Shown here piece by piece: positions 38,556 through 48,378 of a stretch of DNA of 64,000 nucleotides. The stretch lies in contig CBDVDR010000007.1 in the NCBI GenBank assembly GCA_965372795.1, positions 1 to 64,000 of the forward strand. Reading direction: 5' to 3'. Source of the DNA: an uncultured bacterium (GTDB taxonomy: Bacteria > Zixibacteria > MSB-5A5 > GN15 > FEB-12). How positions within the stretch are numbered: the stretch's first letter is position 1; each line of letters starts with the position of its first letter. The notes beneath the pieces were generated by a model. It searched no databases and was not told the origin of the DNA. It saw nothing but the letters and a program-made list of their open reading frames with translations. The translations under genes were made by a program, and so were the position numbers.

Positions 38556-39101
38556 ATGGACCTAATCCCAGAATTTAAGAAATTTGCAAAAAAAAGAGCC
38601 AAAGAAATAAAGGCAATGACTGATGTTCAATTTACTCCTGAAACTGCTCAGGTTAACATTGCAGGTCAACAACTTCAATTCAAATTAAATGTAGAGCAAA
38701 CAGCTGCTTGGAAATTGTATGTTGAATTAAATACAAGGATCTCTACTCAACCCTTATCCAAAAAAGACGGGCTATTAAGGGAAGCATTATCTTCTCTTTA
38801 TATAATATTTGGAGTTACAAGAGATATTTTAAAAGAAGCTGGACCTGGCGTAGCAATCGGTCCAAATTCTTTTGGATATTATGCTATGGAAATTCTCAAT
38901 CAAGTTATAAGACCGTTGTTAGCAAAATGGAATCATAAATTACTTAATTGTTAAAAACATAATAAATTAAATTTATCTCAATTTGAACATTAAAAAAAAT
39001 GGAATAAACAAATAGCTTTACGAAAAGAGATTGAAAAAACAAGAAAAGTAATAATTGAATATAATAAATCTTTAGCCATAATCGCAGGGATTTCAAAATA
39101 A
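38556..39101 (+). pseudogene. Helical protein of unknown function interrupted by two in-frame TAA (38952, 38991)
   Basis: Frame continues C*KHNKLNLSQFEH*KKWNKQIALRKEIEKTRKVIIEYNKSLAIIAGISK* and ends 6 nt before the next gene. Confidence 0.7.
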
Positions 39102-39107
39102 TAAGTT

Positions 39108-39584
39108 ATGATTAAAAGACAAGTTTTTATAAGCTTCCATCATAAAAATGAGCAATCTGTAGTAGACGATTTTGTGAATGCATTCAGCACTTACTATGAC
39201 GTTTTTACTGACAGATCTCTTGATAGAGCTGCAGATAGCGATGATACTGAATACTTAAATCAAGTATGTAGAGATGCCATAGAAGGTACAAGTATAACAA
39301 TCGTAATAATAGGTACTGAAACTGGTAAAAGAAAATTTGTAGACTGGGAAATTAAACATACTTTATTAAAAAAACATGGACTTCTAGCTATATTTCGACC
39401 AAACCTAGAAGATCACCTTACAAATTTGCCGAATCGCTTAATTGACAACATAAATTCAGGATATTCAAATTGGTATAAATACCCATCTTCTCCAGAAGAT
39501 CTGCGATTAATGTTAGAAAAAGCATACAATATAAACAAAGCTTTGATAGACAATAGTAGAGAAAAAATGAAAAGAAACCTATAA
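39108..39584 (+). CDS. ThsB-like TIR domain protein (MTH538/DUF1863)
   Basis: RQVFISFHH, TSITIVIIGTET..RKFVDWEI, GLLAI, LPNRL.DN. Confidence 0.85.
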   Translation: MIKRQVFISFHHKNEQSVVDDFVNAFSTYYDVFTDRSLDRAADSDDTEYLNQVCRDAIEGTSITIVIIGTETGKRKFVDWEIKHTLLKKHGLLAIFRPNLEDHLTNLPNRLIDNINSGYSNWYKYPSSPEDLRLMLEKAYNINKALIDNSREKMKRNL

Positions 39585-39616
39585 TGTTCTTAACGATAAG
39601 CCATTTGAGTATCTAA

Positions 39617-40261
39617 ATGAATATAAATAATTCGTATAAGTGGGATATTTTTATTAGTTACCATAGATTACCTGCAATTGAAAAATGGTTAAAAGAAATA
39701 TTAATTCCTTTACTCGAACTTCATCTACCAAGTTCATTGGGAAGAGAAGCAGATATATTCTGTGATGATAATATAAAAACTGGTAATCATTGGCCAAATG
39801 AATTGAGCGATGCATTAGCATATTCTAAAGTATTGTTACCAATTTGGACTGTACTTTATTTTCATCGAGAATGGTGTTTAAAAGAGTGGTTAACTATGGT
39901 CAACAGAGAATCTAAATTAAATAGTCTTTCAAGGGAAGAGCAATTTACATTAATCAAGCCGATAAGACTACTTGATGGAAATAAATATCCTATATTTGCT
40001 CAAAATACACAAAGTTTAACCTGTACTAATTATTTTACAACTTCTGAATGTTATAAACAAACACTCGAGTATATAAACCTAGAGAAAAAGATAACAGATT
40101 GGTGTAATAATGACTTAGGACAATCGATAGTTACTGCACCACCTTGTCAAGAATTTTGGTTAAATGAAGAATTTTCTAGAAATTCAATAAGAGCTTTAGA
40201 ATCACAAAGTGAAATGCAACCTATTGATTTAAACACAACACCAAGATTAGGTAATGAATGA
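39617..40261 (+). CDS. TIR domain protein (TIR_2/FxsC-like)
   Basis: WDIFISY, IFCD..IKTG..WP..L..AL..SKVL, YF..EWC..EW. Confidence 0.85.
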   Translation: MNINNSYKWDIFISYHRLPAIEKWLKEILIPLLELHLPSSLGREADIFCDDNIKTGNHWPNELSDALAYSKVLLPIWTVLYFHREWCLKEWLTMVNRESKLNSLSREEQFTLIKPIRLLDGNKYPIFAQNTQSLTCTNYFTTSECYKQTLEYINLEKKITDWCNNDLGQSIVTAPPCQEFWLNEEFSRNSIRALESQSEMQPIDLNTTPRLGNE

Positions 40262-42747
40262 GTAAAATAATTACATTCTATTCTTACAAAGGTGGAGTTG
40301 GTCGTTCCATGGCATTAGCAAACGTTGCGGTAAAACTATCAGGATTGGGACATAAAACTCTTATAATAGATTGGGATCTTGAAGCTCCAGGATTGGAATT
40401 CTATTTTAAAGAATATTTGGATTTAAGTAAAATAAAAACTAAACCAGGCATTATTGATATTTTAAAAGGAGATCATTCTACAAATTTAAAATCAACTAAA
40501 TGGACAGATTGCATCTCAACAATTAGTATTGATAATGCAACTCCATCCATACATTTTATATCATCAGGTAGCAACAAAGATAATTATTATAAAAAAGTAC
40601 AAGAATTTGATTTAGATAGTTTCTTTAATAAGAATAAAGGACAATCCCTGTTATACGAATTAAGAAATGAATGGTTAAATACTTATGACTTTATCCTCAT
40701 CGATAGTCGTACTGGCATTACAGACTATGGAGGAATTTGTACTATTCTTTTACCAGATGTAAACATACTATTTGTGACAACTAACGATCAAAGTCTTACA
40801 GGTAGTGAATATGTATTTGAAAAAGCGCATCAAATTAGAAAACAACTCCCTTACGATTATGAAAACATTATTTTTGTTCCAATATTAAGTAGATATGATG
40901 CTACTGAAGAATATCAAATTTCACAAGATTGGATAAAAAAAATAGATAAATCATTGTCTAAACTTTATGAGAAATGGACACCAAGGAACATTATAACAGA
41001 AGAACTAATTCAACAAACAAGCATTCCTTATATCCCATATTTTAGTTACGGTGAAAGACTTGCAGTTTTAGAAGAAAGTTCATCAATGACTAGATCTTTA
41101 AGCAATGCATATGAGAACCTTTCAGCATTAATTGCAAATAATTTCCAATATCTTGATGATATGATAAATAATCGAAGAAGTTTTTTAGCAAGAGCTTCAA
41201 AAATAAAAAATAAAGATGACTTAAGATTGAGACACACTGTTCCGCTTGTAAATTCTCCAGATTTAATCCATTTAAATTATGATAATCATCAAAAATGGTT
41301 AAGTACAAATGGTTCTGCAGGAGATCAAATGGATATAAAAAACAAAGAATTTTTAAATTTAGAACTTTTTGATCTTAATTTAGGCAAGTCCGAATTCAAC
41401 ACTTCAACAATGAAGAACTCCAATTTCACTTTTATTGATTTTTCTCATTCATCTTATAGATATAGTAATTTTTCGGGATCCAAATTTACATCTTCAAACC
41501 TATCATCTATAGATGGTTTTAATGCAATCTATATTAATGTCATATTTGATGGTGTAAGCGCTACACTATCCGATTTGTCTACTAGCAATTTAACAGATGC
41601 TATAATTAAAAACTCTGATTTTTTTCAATCAAATTTAGATGATTGTAATATGCAAAATTCCAAACTTCAAAATTCAAACTTTGATCTTGCTAGTTTTAAA
41701 AATTCTGATTTGAACTCTTCGAATCTCGAGCATTCAAATTTTTATAGATCTAATTTTGCAAATGCAAACCTTAGATCATGCATTTGTTATGATGCAGATT
41801 TTAAAGGGGCTAACTTCAGTGATGCTAATCTAGCATATGCAAAGGGATTAAAAGAATCTCAACTAAAAATGACAATATTAGATTTTGCAAAATTACCTGA
41901 TCATATAAATTTTAGTGATTCACTAAATTCTTTTGGTAAAAATTTAAAAAGTGTACAGAGTTCATTTTGGATAACATCTATAATTGCACTTACTTATTTG
42001 TTTGCTCTTATAAATTACTTAACAATCGGTAACTCTAAAGAGTTTATTATTTTTTTACCAAATCTCCAAAATTTCGCCATTCCACAAATAATTGCAATTA
42101 TAATTTCCATGTACTAGTCACAAAGTTTATGGGATAAAATATCAAAATTACCATGTAGTTTTCCTGATGGTAAAACTCTTCATGAAAAAGGAGATTCTAT
42201 TTTTTTTGTAGGAAATATTTTTCCTACGCTCCAGAGAAATAACATAAGAGCTAATCCATTTAGGAGTATTCTATTCATAAGTTTGTATTGGGGATCTACA
42301 TCTATAATCTATGTTTCTGGTGCTTTTGTCATTTATACATATCCTAATTTTTATCCAGATACTAATTTCACTTTTTCCTTTATAGTTGCAATTTCATTAA
42401 GTTTAATAGGAATTTTATCATATTTTTATTCTAATATAAAGTTAGCTAAAAATAATAGACCAAGTTTTATTTGTTCTCACGAAGTAGCATTATTTAATTT
42501 GCCAAAAAAAATGTTTAAATATGAAATGTTAGATTTATTAGATAATTATGGAAGAATCTTAAGTTTAAGAAAAACAATTAGTATCAATGATGATATAGTG
42601 TGGAGTGTAAGGTTAGAGAGTAATTTTCAGGTACAAAAAGTGATAAAAAGTCTTGATCGTAGTAATTTTCATAATAAAGTGATAAGAGCTATTGGTATAC
42701 CGATTGGAGAGGAATTATCTAAAACTCTATATAATAGAGTCAAATAA
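40258..42747 (+). pseudogene. KGGVGR-variant ParA/MinD ATPase-pentapeptide repeat-TM-RRM-like protein with one in-frame TAG (42115-42117)
   Basis: FYSYKGGVGRS, DWDLEAPGL, YDFILIDSRTG, IPYIPYFSYGE; pentapeptide repeats. The frame stays open after the TAG and joins the 42283..42747 ORF. Confidence 0.8.
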
Positions 42748-42810
42748 TTTCATGATACACGATCTAAGGATTATATCTTAGCTTACCATAATTGATAGAA
42801 AAGTTGTCTA

Positions 42811-43566
42811 TTACTTCAACTTTATGACGTCAATTATTTCATCACCTTCATCTAAGTTAATTAACCTATCTCCATCTAATATTAAAACATCAGAAGAACC
42901 GATCCAGATACTAGTTGAATATGTATAATAGTCATCAACTTGATATAAACTTCCATCTAACATCTCTAATATTGAACCATCTCCTTTTACTTCATAAATA
43001 TATGCCTCTTCAACATCGCAAGAAGTTGCATAACTAGCTTCTTTTAATATATCACACCTATAAGATCTCTTACCTTCGATCCATATTTTCCATTGGTTGC
43101 TTACTCTGTAAAGTACTGCAGTCTTTCGATATCCTATATATCCTAAATATCCAGAAGTTATTTCAACAATAGCACCATTATCCAAAGTAACTACATCTTT
43201 AATATCAGAGTCTACTTTACTAATATAAGCAATATCTGAATTTGGAGATCCTTTTATATTGGTTGGATTACTTTTCTTCTGATTCACTATATTTTTTCGA
43301 AAGATTTCTGAGCATTCTTTATATCCCATCTCATAAATACCATTCATCAATTTATTTAATTTATTTTTCTCTAAGTCAGTTAATTTTCTTAATCCGATAG
43401 AATTACTCATAATCGTATCATTTTGAATTATTGATATAAAATTAAATTCAAATTGAGTAGTATTTTGAGCTAAACTAATTTGTACAATAAAGATAAGTAT
43501 AGTTAGTTGAATGTAGATATGCCTGATTAAGAAAAATAGTGATTTATTCTTTTTCATAAAATACAC
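42811..43566 (-). CDS. Secreted hypothetical protein
   Basis: Long ORF with signal-like N-terminus and beta-rich C-terminal half. Confidence 0.6.
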   Translation of the reverse strand: MYFMKKNKSLFFLIRHIYIQLTILIFIVQISLAQNTTQFEFNFISIIQNDTIMSNSIGLRKLTDLEKNKLNKLMNGIYEMGYKECSEIFRKNIVNQKKSNPTNIKGSPNSDIAYISKVDSDIKDVVTLDNGAIVEITSGYLGYIGYRKTAVLYRVSNQWKIWIEGKRSYRCDILKEASYATSCDVEEAYIYEVKGDGSILEMLDGSLYQVDDYYTYSTSIWIGSSDVLILDGDRLINLDEGDEIIDVIKLK

Positions 43567-43729
43567 CCTTATTTTTATAAGATTTAGCCTAATTTATTGA
43601 AAATATACTAAGAAGTCAATATAGTTACAATATAACAAATTACCTGAAGATAAGACCATTTTTGAATAACTTTATATCAAAAAAAAAAAATTAAATTTAA
43701 CTTATATAGATCGTTTTATAACGAATCTA

Positions 43730-43814
43730 ATAGTTCGCAATTCGTACAATACGGGGAGCTTAAGTTTTTCTACTCAACAACTTACTAAAATTCAATTTGT
43801 ACGGATTGCGAACT
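43730..43814. repeat. att-like junction 1 (arm-core-IHF-like box-inverted arm)
   Basis: agttcgcaattcgtacaa...ggggagctt...tcaacaacttac...ttgtacggattgcgaact (17/18 inverted repeat). Confidence 0.85.
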
Positions 43815-43915
43815 TATGTTATAATTGATGATCAAGTCTAATTATTGTATATTATATTTTTGAAATTGAATGATTGAAATGATAATTAGTTTTATGATTA
43901 ATTTATATCCATGAG

Positions 43916-44548
43916 GTGTGTATGGAAAACAGTGAATTGATTCTAGAATATTTAAAGATATTTCTTACTTGGCCGGTTATTGGAGGTGTATTACTATTAA
44001 TTTTTATTTTCAATTTCAAATCTTCCATTGTAGGAATATTTAACAGAATAAGGAGTGCTAAGGTTGGTAATGTAGAATTTGAAGCCCCACTTATTCAAAA
44101 AGAGCTGAGTGATATAAAATCAGATCATACATTACTTGATAGTAATGTTATAGTGAACGATTCAAATGATAACTCAATTGATGAACAGACTTATAAGGAA
44201 AAATATGAAACCTTATTGGGGTTATATAACGATATTCAATTAGAATTTTATTTTGAAATGTTACTTAATATTTTATTTGGCACACAATTAAGATTATTAC
44301 AATCTATAAATAATATCGGAGATGATGGTATTGACTTAGATCGTATTTATCCTTTCTATAATGAGAATCTCTCTAAGAGCAAATTAACCAATTGGGGAGT
44401 CAATGATTTTTTGAGAATCTTAATTAATTACAATATAATTAATAAGAATGAATCTACGAATAAATATCAAATTACTCCAAATGGAACTAATTTTTTGTCA
44501 TATGTTGAAAAAAATCATAACCATAAATTTCAATCATTACAGTTTTAA
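43916..44548 (+). CDS. Hypothetical membrane-anchored protein (sole gene of segment B)
   Basis: N-terminal TM (TWPVIGGVLLLIFIF); C-terminal wHTH-like LFGTQLRLL...YQITPNG..FL.Y. Confidence 0.7.
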   Translation: MCMENSELILEYLKIFLTWPVIGGVLLLIFIFNFKSSIVGIFNRIRSAKVGNVEFEAPLIQKELSDIKSDHTLLDSNVIVNDSNDNSIDEQTYKEKYETLLGLYNDIQLEFYFEMLLNILFGTQLRLLQSINNIGDDGIDLDRIYPFYNENLSKSKLTNWGVNDFLRILINYNIINKNESTNKYQITPNGTNFLSYVEKNHNHKFQSLQF

Positions 44549-44578
44549 TATTATTTATCTATTAACAGCTTGAACCTT

Positions 44579-44667
44579 ATAGTTCGCAATTCGTACAATA
44601 CGGGGAGCTTTATTAATTCTCTTTCATATCAACAACTTACAACATTACAGATTGTACCTTTTCGACT
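44579..44667. repeat. att-like junction 2
   Basis: 32 nt identical to 43730-43761, then tatcaacaacttac and a degenerate arm attgtaccttttcgact. Confidence 0.85.
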
Positions 44668-44754
44668 AATCAATTTCTAGAAAATCTGAAACTTATATAA
44701 TAATCTTATTTTGTAAGTAGGAACGAAAATTAATCTTCCATCTGTTAGAAATAA

Positions 44755-44982
44755 TTGTTTTTCCTGTAGTTTGTGAACTGGTTCATCTAGGAAGTAGTAT
44801 TCACCCTCGGTCGCTGCATCGAGCATCCCGATAATGTTAAGCTGGGCTGAATTTCCTGCACCCTAAGGTCCCATGACGGTGACGAAGTCACCATCGTAGA
44901 TTTCCAATTTAACATGCCTGAGAACGTATGTGTTCACGCCACCGTTCTTATAGCTCTAGGTTATGTTGTCAAGTCTGATCAT
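44755..44982 (-). pseudogene. Truncated ABC ATP-binding gene
   Basis: MIRLDNIT*SYKNGG...GDFVTVMGP*GAGNSAQLNIIGMLD...GEYYF: two TAG stops, degenerate Walker A, truncated near junction 2. Confidence 0.8.
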
Positions 44983-45094
44983 AATGTCAATATCCTTCGA
45001 AAGTAATTCTTTGTTCTATTCATGTCGTATCGCGTCAATCGGATTGGCGATTAACGCGACGTTATGGACAGTCGCCTAGTGTGCATAATTTTGT

Positions 45095-47470
45095 TTATTC
45101 AGAACGAAGAGCGTCCACAGGATTAGATCGCGCTGCCCGGAAAGCTTGCGAGCCGACCGTTACAGAAGCCACCATGAGCGCAATCAGAGTTGGTAGCAAA
45201 AACAGCCAGACGTTAAGTTCGATGCGGTAAGGGAATTGTTCCAACCAACCATTCAGCAGATACCACGCGATAGGCCAGGCAACCAAGCTGGATAAAGCCA
45301 CCAGAGTTATAAACTCCCGGGTCATCATCATGACCAACTGCTGGATAGAGGCACCAATCACTTTGCGAACGCCAATTTCCTTGGTTCGTCTCTCAGCCGC
45401 AAAAGCGGACAAACCCAAAAGACCCAGGCAGGCGATGAACACACCCAATGCGGAGAAGACGGAAAACAAATACATCAACTTGCGATAATCATCATAACGC
45501 TCGGAAATAAGGTTATCGAGATACTTCGCAACAGGTGCCTTTTCTGAGAATACTTCTTCGTACACCGAAGCAATTTGTGACTTCATTTGTGCTTGATTCT
45601 CGTCTGGCAATTCCAGGGCCAACACCCGCCCTATTGTATTTCGATGGAGAATCACTGTTGGCTGTATCTCGCTATTGAGAGGGTGCGCGTGAAAGTCCTT
45701 CACCACCCCAATCACAGTGAAGATTCTATCGGGTCTCATTAGCTGGAAACCAATCGGCTCCTTGATCCCCATTGTTTTAACCGCGGTTTCGTTGATCAAG
45801 ACCATGTTGGGGGTGTTTGAGTTTGCTTCGCTATCCCATGACTTGCCAGCAACGAGTTCTAATTTAAGCGTTTTGAAGTAATCGTTGTCTCCGGCAAGAA
45901 AATTAAACATTACTTTCTTGCCTTCGTCGTAGCTCTCAGGATGAAATGACAACAGGCTTGTCCTATTCTCGCCGGGGACCGCAGTGGCTATAGTAAGGTT
46001 TGACAGCCCAAGCCGGCTGAGGTCATTTTTGAACAGGACTTTTTTATCATTGGATGCTTTGTCGGGGAACTCATACAAAAGGATATTCTCGTGACTAAAC
46101 CCAAGGTCAGCCGCTCCGGCAAATTCAATCTGCTCGTTGATGCCAAAAGTGAGACACATGAGGATGATAGCACAGGTTGCCTGAAACGCAACCAATACAC
46201 GCCTTAGATTAAATCGACCGGTTGACGCGATAGCACTGTTTTTTAAAACCTCCTGTGGATGAAGTCGGGAAAGTACAATTGCCGGGTAACTTCCTGATAT
46301 CAGACCTACCAAAAGAATCAAACTCGGTCCGGCCAGCCAGACTATCGGACTTTCCATAAGACCGATTGAGAGAGGTTTGCCAGCATACTGTTCCATGGCT
46401 GGGATTGTTAATTCAAAAACCACCAATCCAGCCGCCATCGCTATAGTAACCATAATGACGGACTCAGCTAAAAATTGATGCGCCAACTGCCATCTTCCGG
46501 CACCAAACACTTTGCGAATCCCAACCTCTTTGGTTCGATGAGCCATACGAGCAGTAGTGAGATTGATATAGTTCATGCAGGCTATTACCAAAAGCAACAT
46601 GGCGATGCCTGAGAAAATATATATCGTCTCCATTGAACCCCTGGGATCAAGTTCGTTGCTTAGGTCTGGATTCAAGTAAATCGATAGCAAAGGTTGTAGT
46701 TCCAGTTTAAATTCATCAGCCTTGTCTCCCAGATGAACCGTAAGCAAATCCGGAATCTTAGCTTCAATAGATGCCAGATCGACGTCTTCAGACAAAAGCA
46801 AGTAGGTGTAAGCTTTACCCCACCAACCTTCCCAGGTGGTAAGATCCTCTCCCATAGTCTCAAGGGTTGCATAGGAAGCAAGGAAATTAGTTTTGAGCTG
46901 GGTGTTGTCCGGCATGTCACTCATTACGCCGGTAATAATCATTTCTATATCGTCATGAATTTTGACTGTTTGACCAATCGGATCACTGTTCGGGAAGAAG
47001 CTTTCACTGATACTCTGTGATATTATCAAGCTATTTGGGCTCAAGAGAGCGGTCGCTCGGTTTCCGTTTATGAGCGGAATAGAAAAGACCTCAAGCATTT
47101 CGGGATCGACCATCAGGAATTGAGTTTCTACAATAAACTTATCGTGTCCGAACTCTATTTTAACGTCCTTGTCCTGGTAAATTCTGGCCTGTTGTTCAAT
47201 TTCCGGCATAGTTTCTTTCAGGGCCGGTCCGGCTGGGTGCATGATATTGGCCGTTGAGATCATATCATCATCACGTTCCCAAAAGCAAACTACCCGGTAG
47301 ATATTATCGGCGTTCGGATAATGAGATTCGTAGCTATACTCGTATGAAACATACGCCAATATCAAAAGACAAGAACCCAAACCCAACGCGAGACCAAGGA
47401 TGTTGATACAAGTATAGAGCTTTTGTTTTCTTAGTGACCTCAAAGCGGTTCTCAGGTAGTTACGAATCAT
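45095..47470 (-). CDS. ABC transporter permease (duplicated MacB/FtsX type)
   Basis: NYLRTALRSL, IACMNYINL, KEVGIRKVFGA, RRTKEIGVRKVIGAS, NPVDALRSE. Confidence 0.93.
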   Translation of the reverse strand: MIRNYLRTALRSLRKQKLYTCINILGLALGLGSCLLILAYVSYEYSYESHYPNADNIYRVVCFWERDDDMISTANIMHPAGPALKETMPEIEQQARIYQDKDVKIEFGHDKFIVETQFLMVDPEMLEVFSIPLINGNRATALLSPNSLIISQSISESFFPNSDPIGQTVKIHDDIEMIITGVMSDMPDNTQLKTNFLASYATLETMGEDLTTWEGWWGKAYTYLLLSEDVDLASIEAKIPDLLTVHLGDKADEFKLELQPLLSIYLNPDLSNELDPRGSMETIYIFSGIAMLLLVIACMNYINLTTARMAHRTKEVGIRKVFGAGRWQLAHQFLAESVIMVTIAMAAGLVVFELTIPAMEQYAGKPLSIGLMESPIVWLAGPSLILLVGLISGSYPAIVLSRLHPQEVLKNSAIASTGRFNLRRVLVAFQATCAIILMCLTFGINEQIEFAGAADLGFSHENILLYEFPDKASNDKKVLFKNDLSRLGLSNLTIATAVPGENRTSLLSFHPESYDEGKKVMFNFLAGDNDYFKTLKLELVAGKSWDSEANSNTPNMVLINETAVKTMGIKEPIGFQLMRPDRIFTVIGVVKDFHAHPLNSEIQPTVILHRNTIGRVLALELPDENQAQMKSQIASVYEEVFSEKAPVAKYLDNLISERYDDYRKLMYLFSVFSALGVFIACLGLLGLSAFAAERRTKEIGVRKVIGASIQQLVMMMTREFITLVALSSLVAWPIAWYLLNGWLEQFPYRIELNVWLFLLPTLIALMVASVTVGSQAFRAARSNPVDALRSE

Positions 47471-47494
47471 GAATGTACACTCACTTTCTAAAAC

Positions 47495-47662
47495 CTATTC
47501 ATATTTTAGTGATTCAATCGGATTAGACGAAGCTGTCTTTATCGCTTGATAGCTATCAACAAAGCGAGCAATGCCGTTAGCCAGCCCGACTATATTGAGT
47601 AGAGTAATACCGTCCTGACGACGGGTCGATCTCAACGCGATCTTGAGAAAGTTCTTAAGCAT
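47495..47662 (-). pseudogene. 55-aa in-frame N/C-terminal fusion remnant of an ABC permease
   Basis: MLKNFLKIALRSTRRQDGITLLNIVGLANGIARFVDSYQAIKTASSNPIESLKYE*. Confidence 0.75.
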
Positions 47663-48341
47663 GACGAGTCTTTATGTCTTCTGTTACAACAGCGCCATCG
47701 AAAAGGTTGATGGTACGACTGCAGTAGTCAGCGAATGCCTGAGAATGAGTGACCATTACGATCGTAGTGCCTTCTTCATTGAGTTTCGTCAGGCAGGTCA
47801 TCACATCCTGTCCGTGGGCTGAGTCAAGATTGCCGGTTGGTTCATCGGCGAGAATCAGTCTTGGATTGGCAACAACTGCTCTTGCAACAGCCACACGTTG
47901 TTGTTGACCACCTGATAACTGTTGTGGGAAATGCTTTGAACGGGCAATGATCTCAAACTCTTTAAGTGCCTTGTTGACGCGTGTTCTTCTCTCAGATGCG
48001 GCTATCCCGAGATAGAGAAGAGGCAGTTCGACATTCTCAAAGATGTTCAGTTCATCAATCAGGTTAAAATTCTGAAAGACAAACCCGATGTTGTTCTTGC
48101 GAAGACTGGCTCTTTGACGTTCGGTATATTTGGAGACTTCAGTTCCGAGCAAATGATATTCTCCCCCGGTTGGGTTATCCAGAAGTCCAAGAACATTCAG
48201 CAGAGTTGATTTGCCACAACCAGATGGTCCCATAATTCCGACAAACTCACCTTCTGCGATGTGGATTCCAATATCGTTTAGTGCCGTTGTCTCGATGTCT
48301 TCGGTGCGGTAAGTTTTTTGCAGGTTGACGGTACGAATCAT
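47655..48341 (-). CDS. ABC transporter ATP-binding protein (MacB/LolD-like)
   Basis: GPSGCGKST, LSGGQQQRV, ILADEPTGNLD; start MIRTVNL after GGAG. Confidence 0.95.
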   Translation of the reverse strand: MIRTVNLQKTYRTEDIETTALNDIGIHIAEGEFVGIMGPSGCGKSTLLNVLGLLDNPTGGEYHLLGTEVSKYTERQRASLRKNNIGFVFQNFNLIDELNIFENVELPLLYLGIAASERRTRVNKALKEFEIIARSKHFPQQLSGGQQQRVAVARAVVANPRLILADEPTGNLDSAHGQDVMTCLTKLNEEGTTIVMVTHSQAFADYCSRTINLFDGAVVTEDIKTRHA

Positions 48342-48378
48342 GGTTATTACTCCTTTTAACATTGTCATTATATTTTTC

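Larger units (their letters stand above)
33966..43761. mobile_element. Integrative rolling-circle element (segment A, about 9.8 kb)
   Basis: LSR, ImmA/Xre/Cro switch, HUH Rep and cargo, bounded by tRNA core+arm (33966-33996) and arm+core (43732-43761); very AT-rich. Confidence 0.85.

Noticed and set aside
38952..42117. Alternative genetic code or programmed read-through explaining the cargo stops
   Set aside because: The stops are of two types (TAA and TAG), TAA ends many neighbouring genes, and no suppressor tRNA is visible. Nonsense mutation or sequence error is simpler.
43679..43690. Poly-A12 tract as a phase-variation switch
   Set aside because: It is intergenic in very AT-rich DNA with no clear promoter spacing role; it may be a homopolymer artefact.
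33934..43761. Inovirus or other complete prophage
   Set aside because: No Zot-like ATPase, coat, terminase or capsid genes are recognisable.
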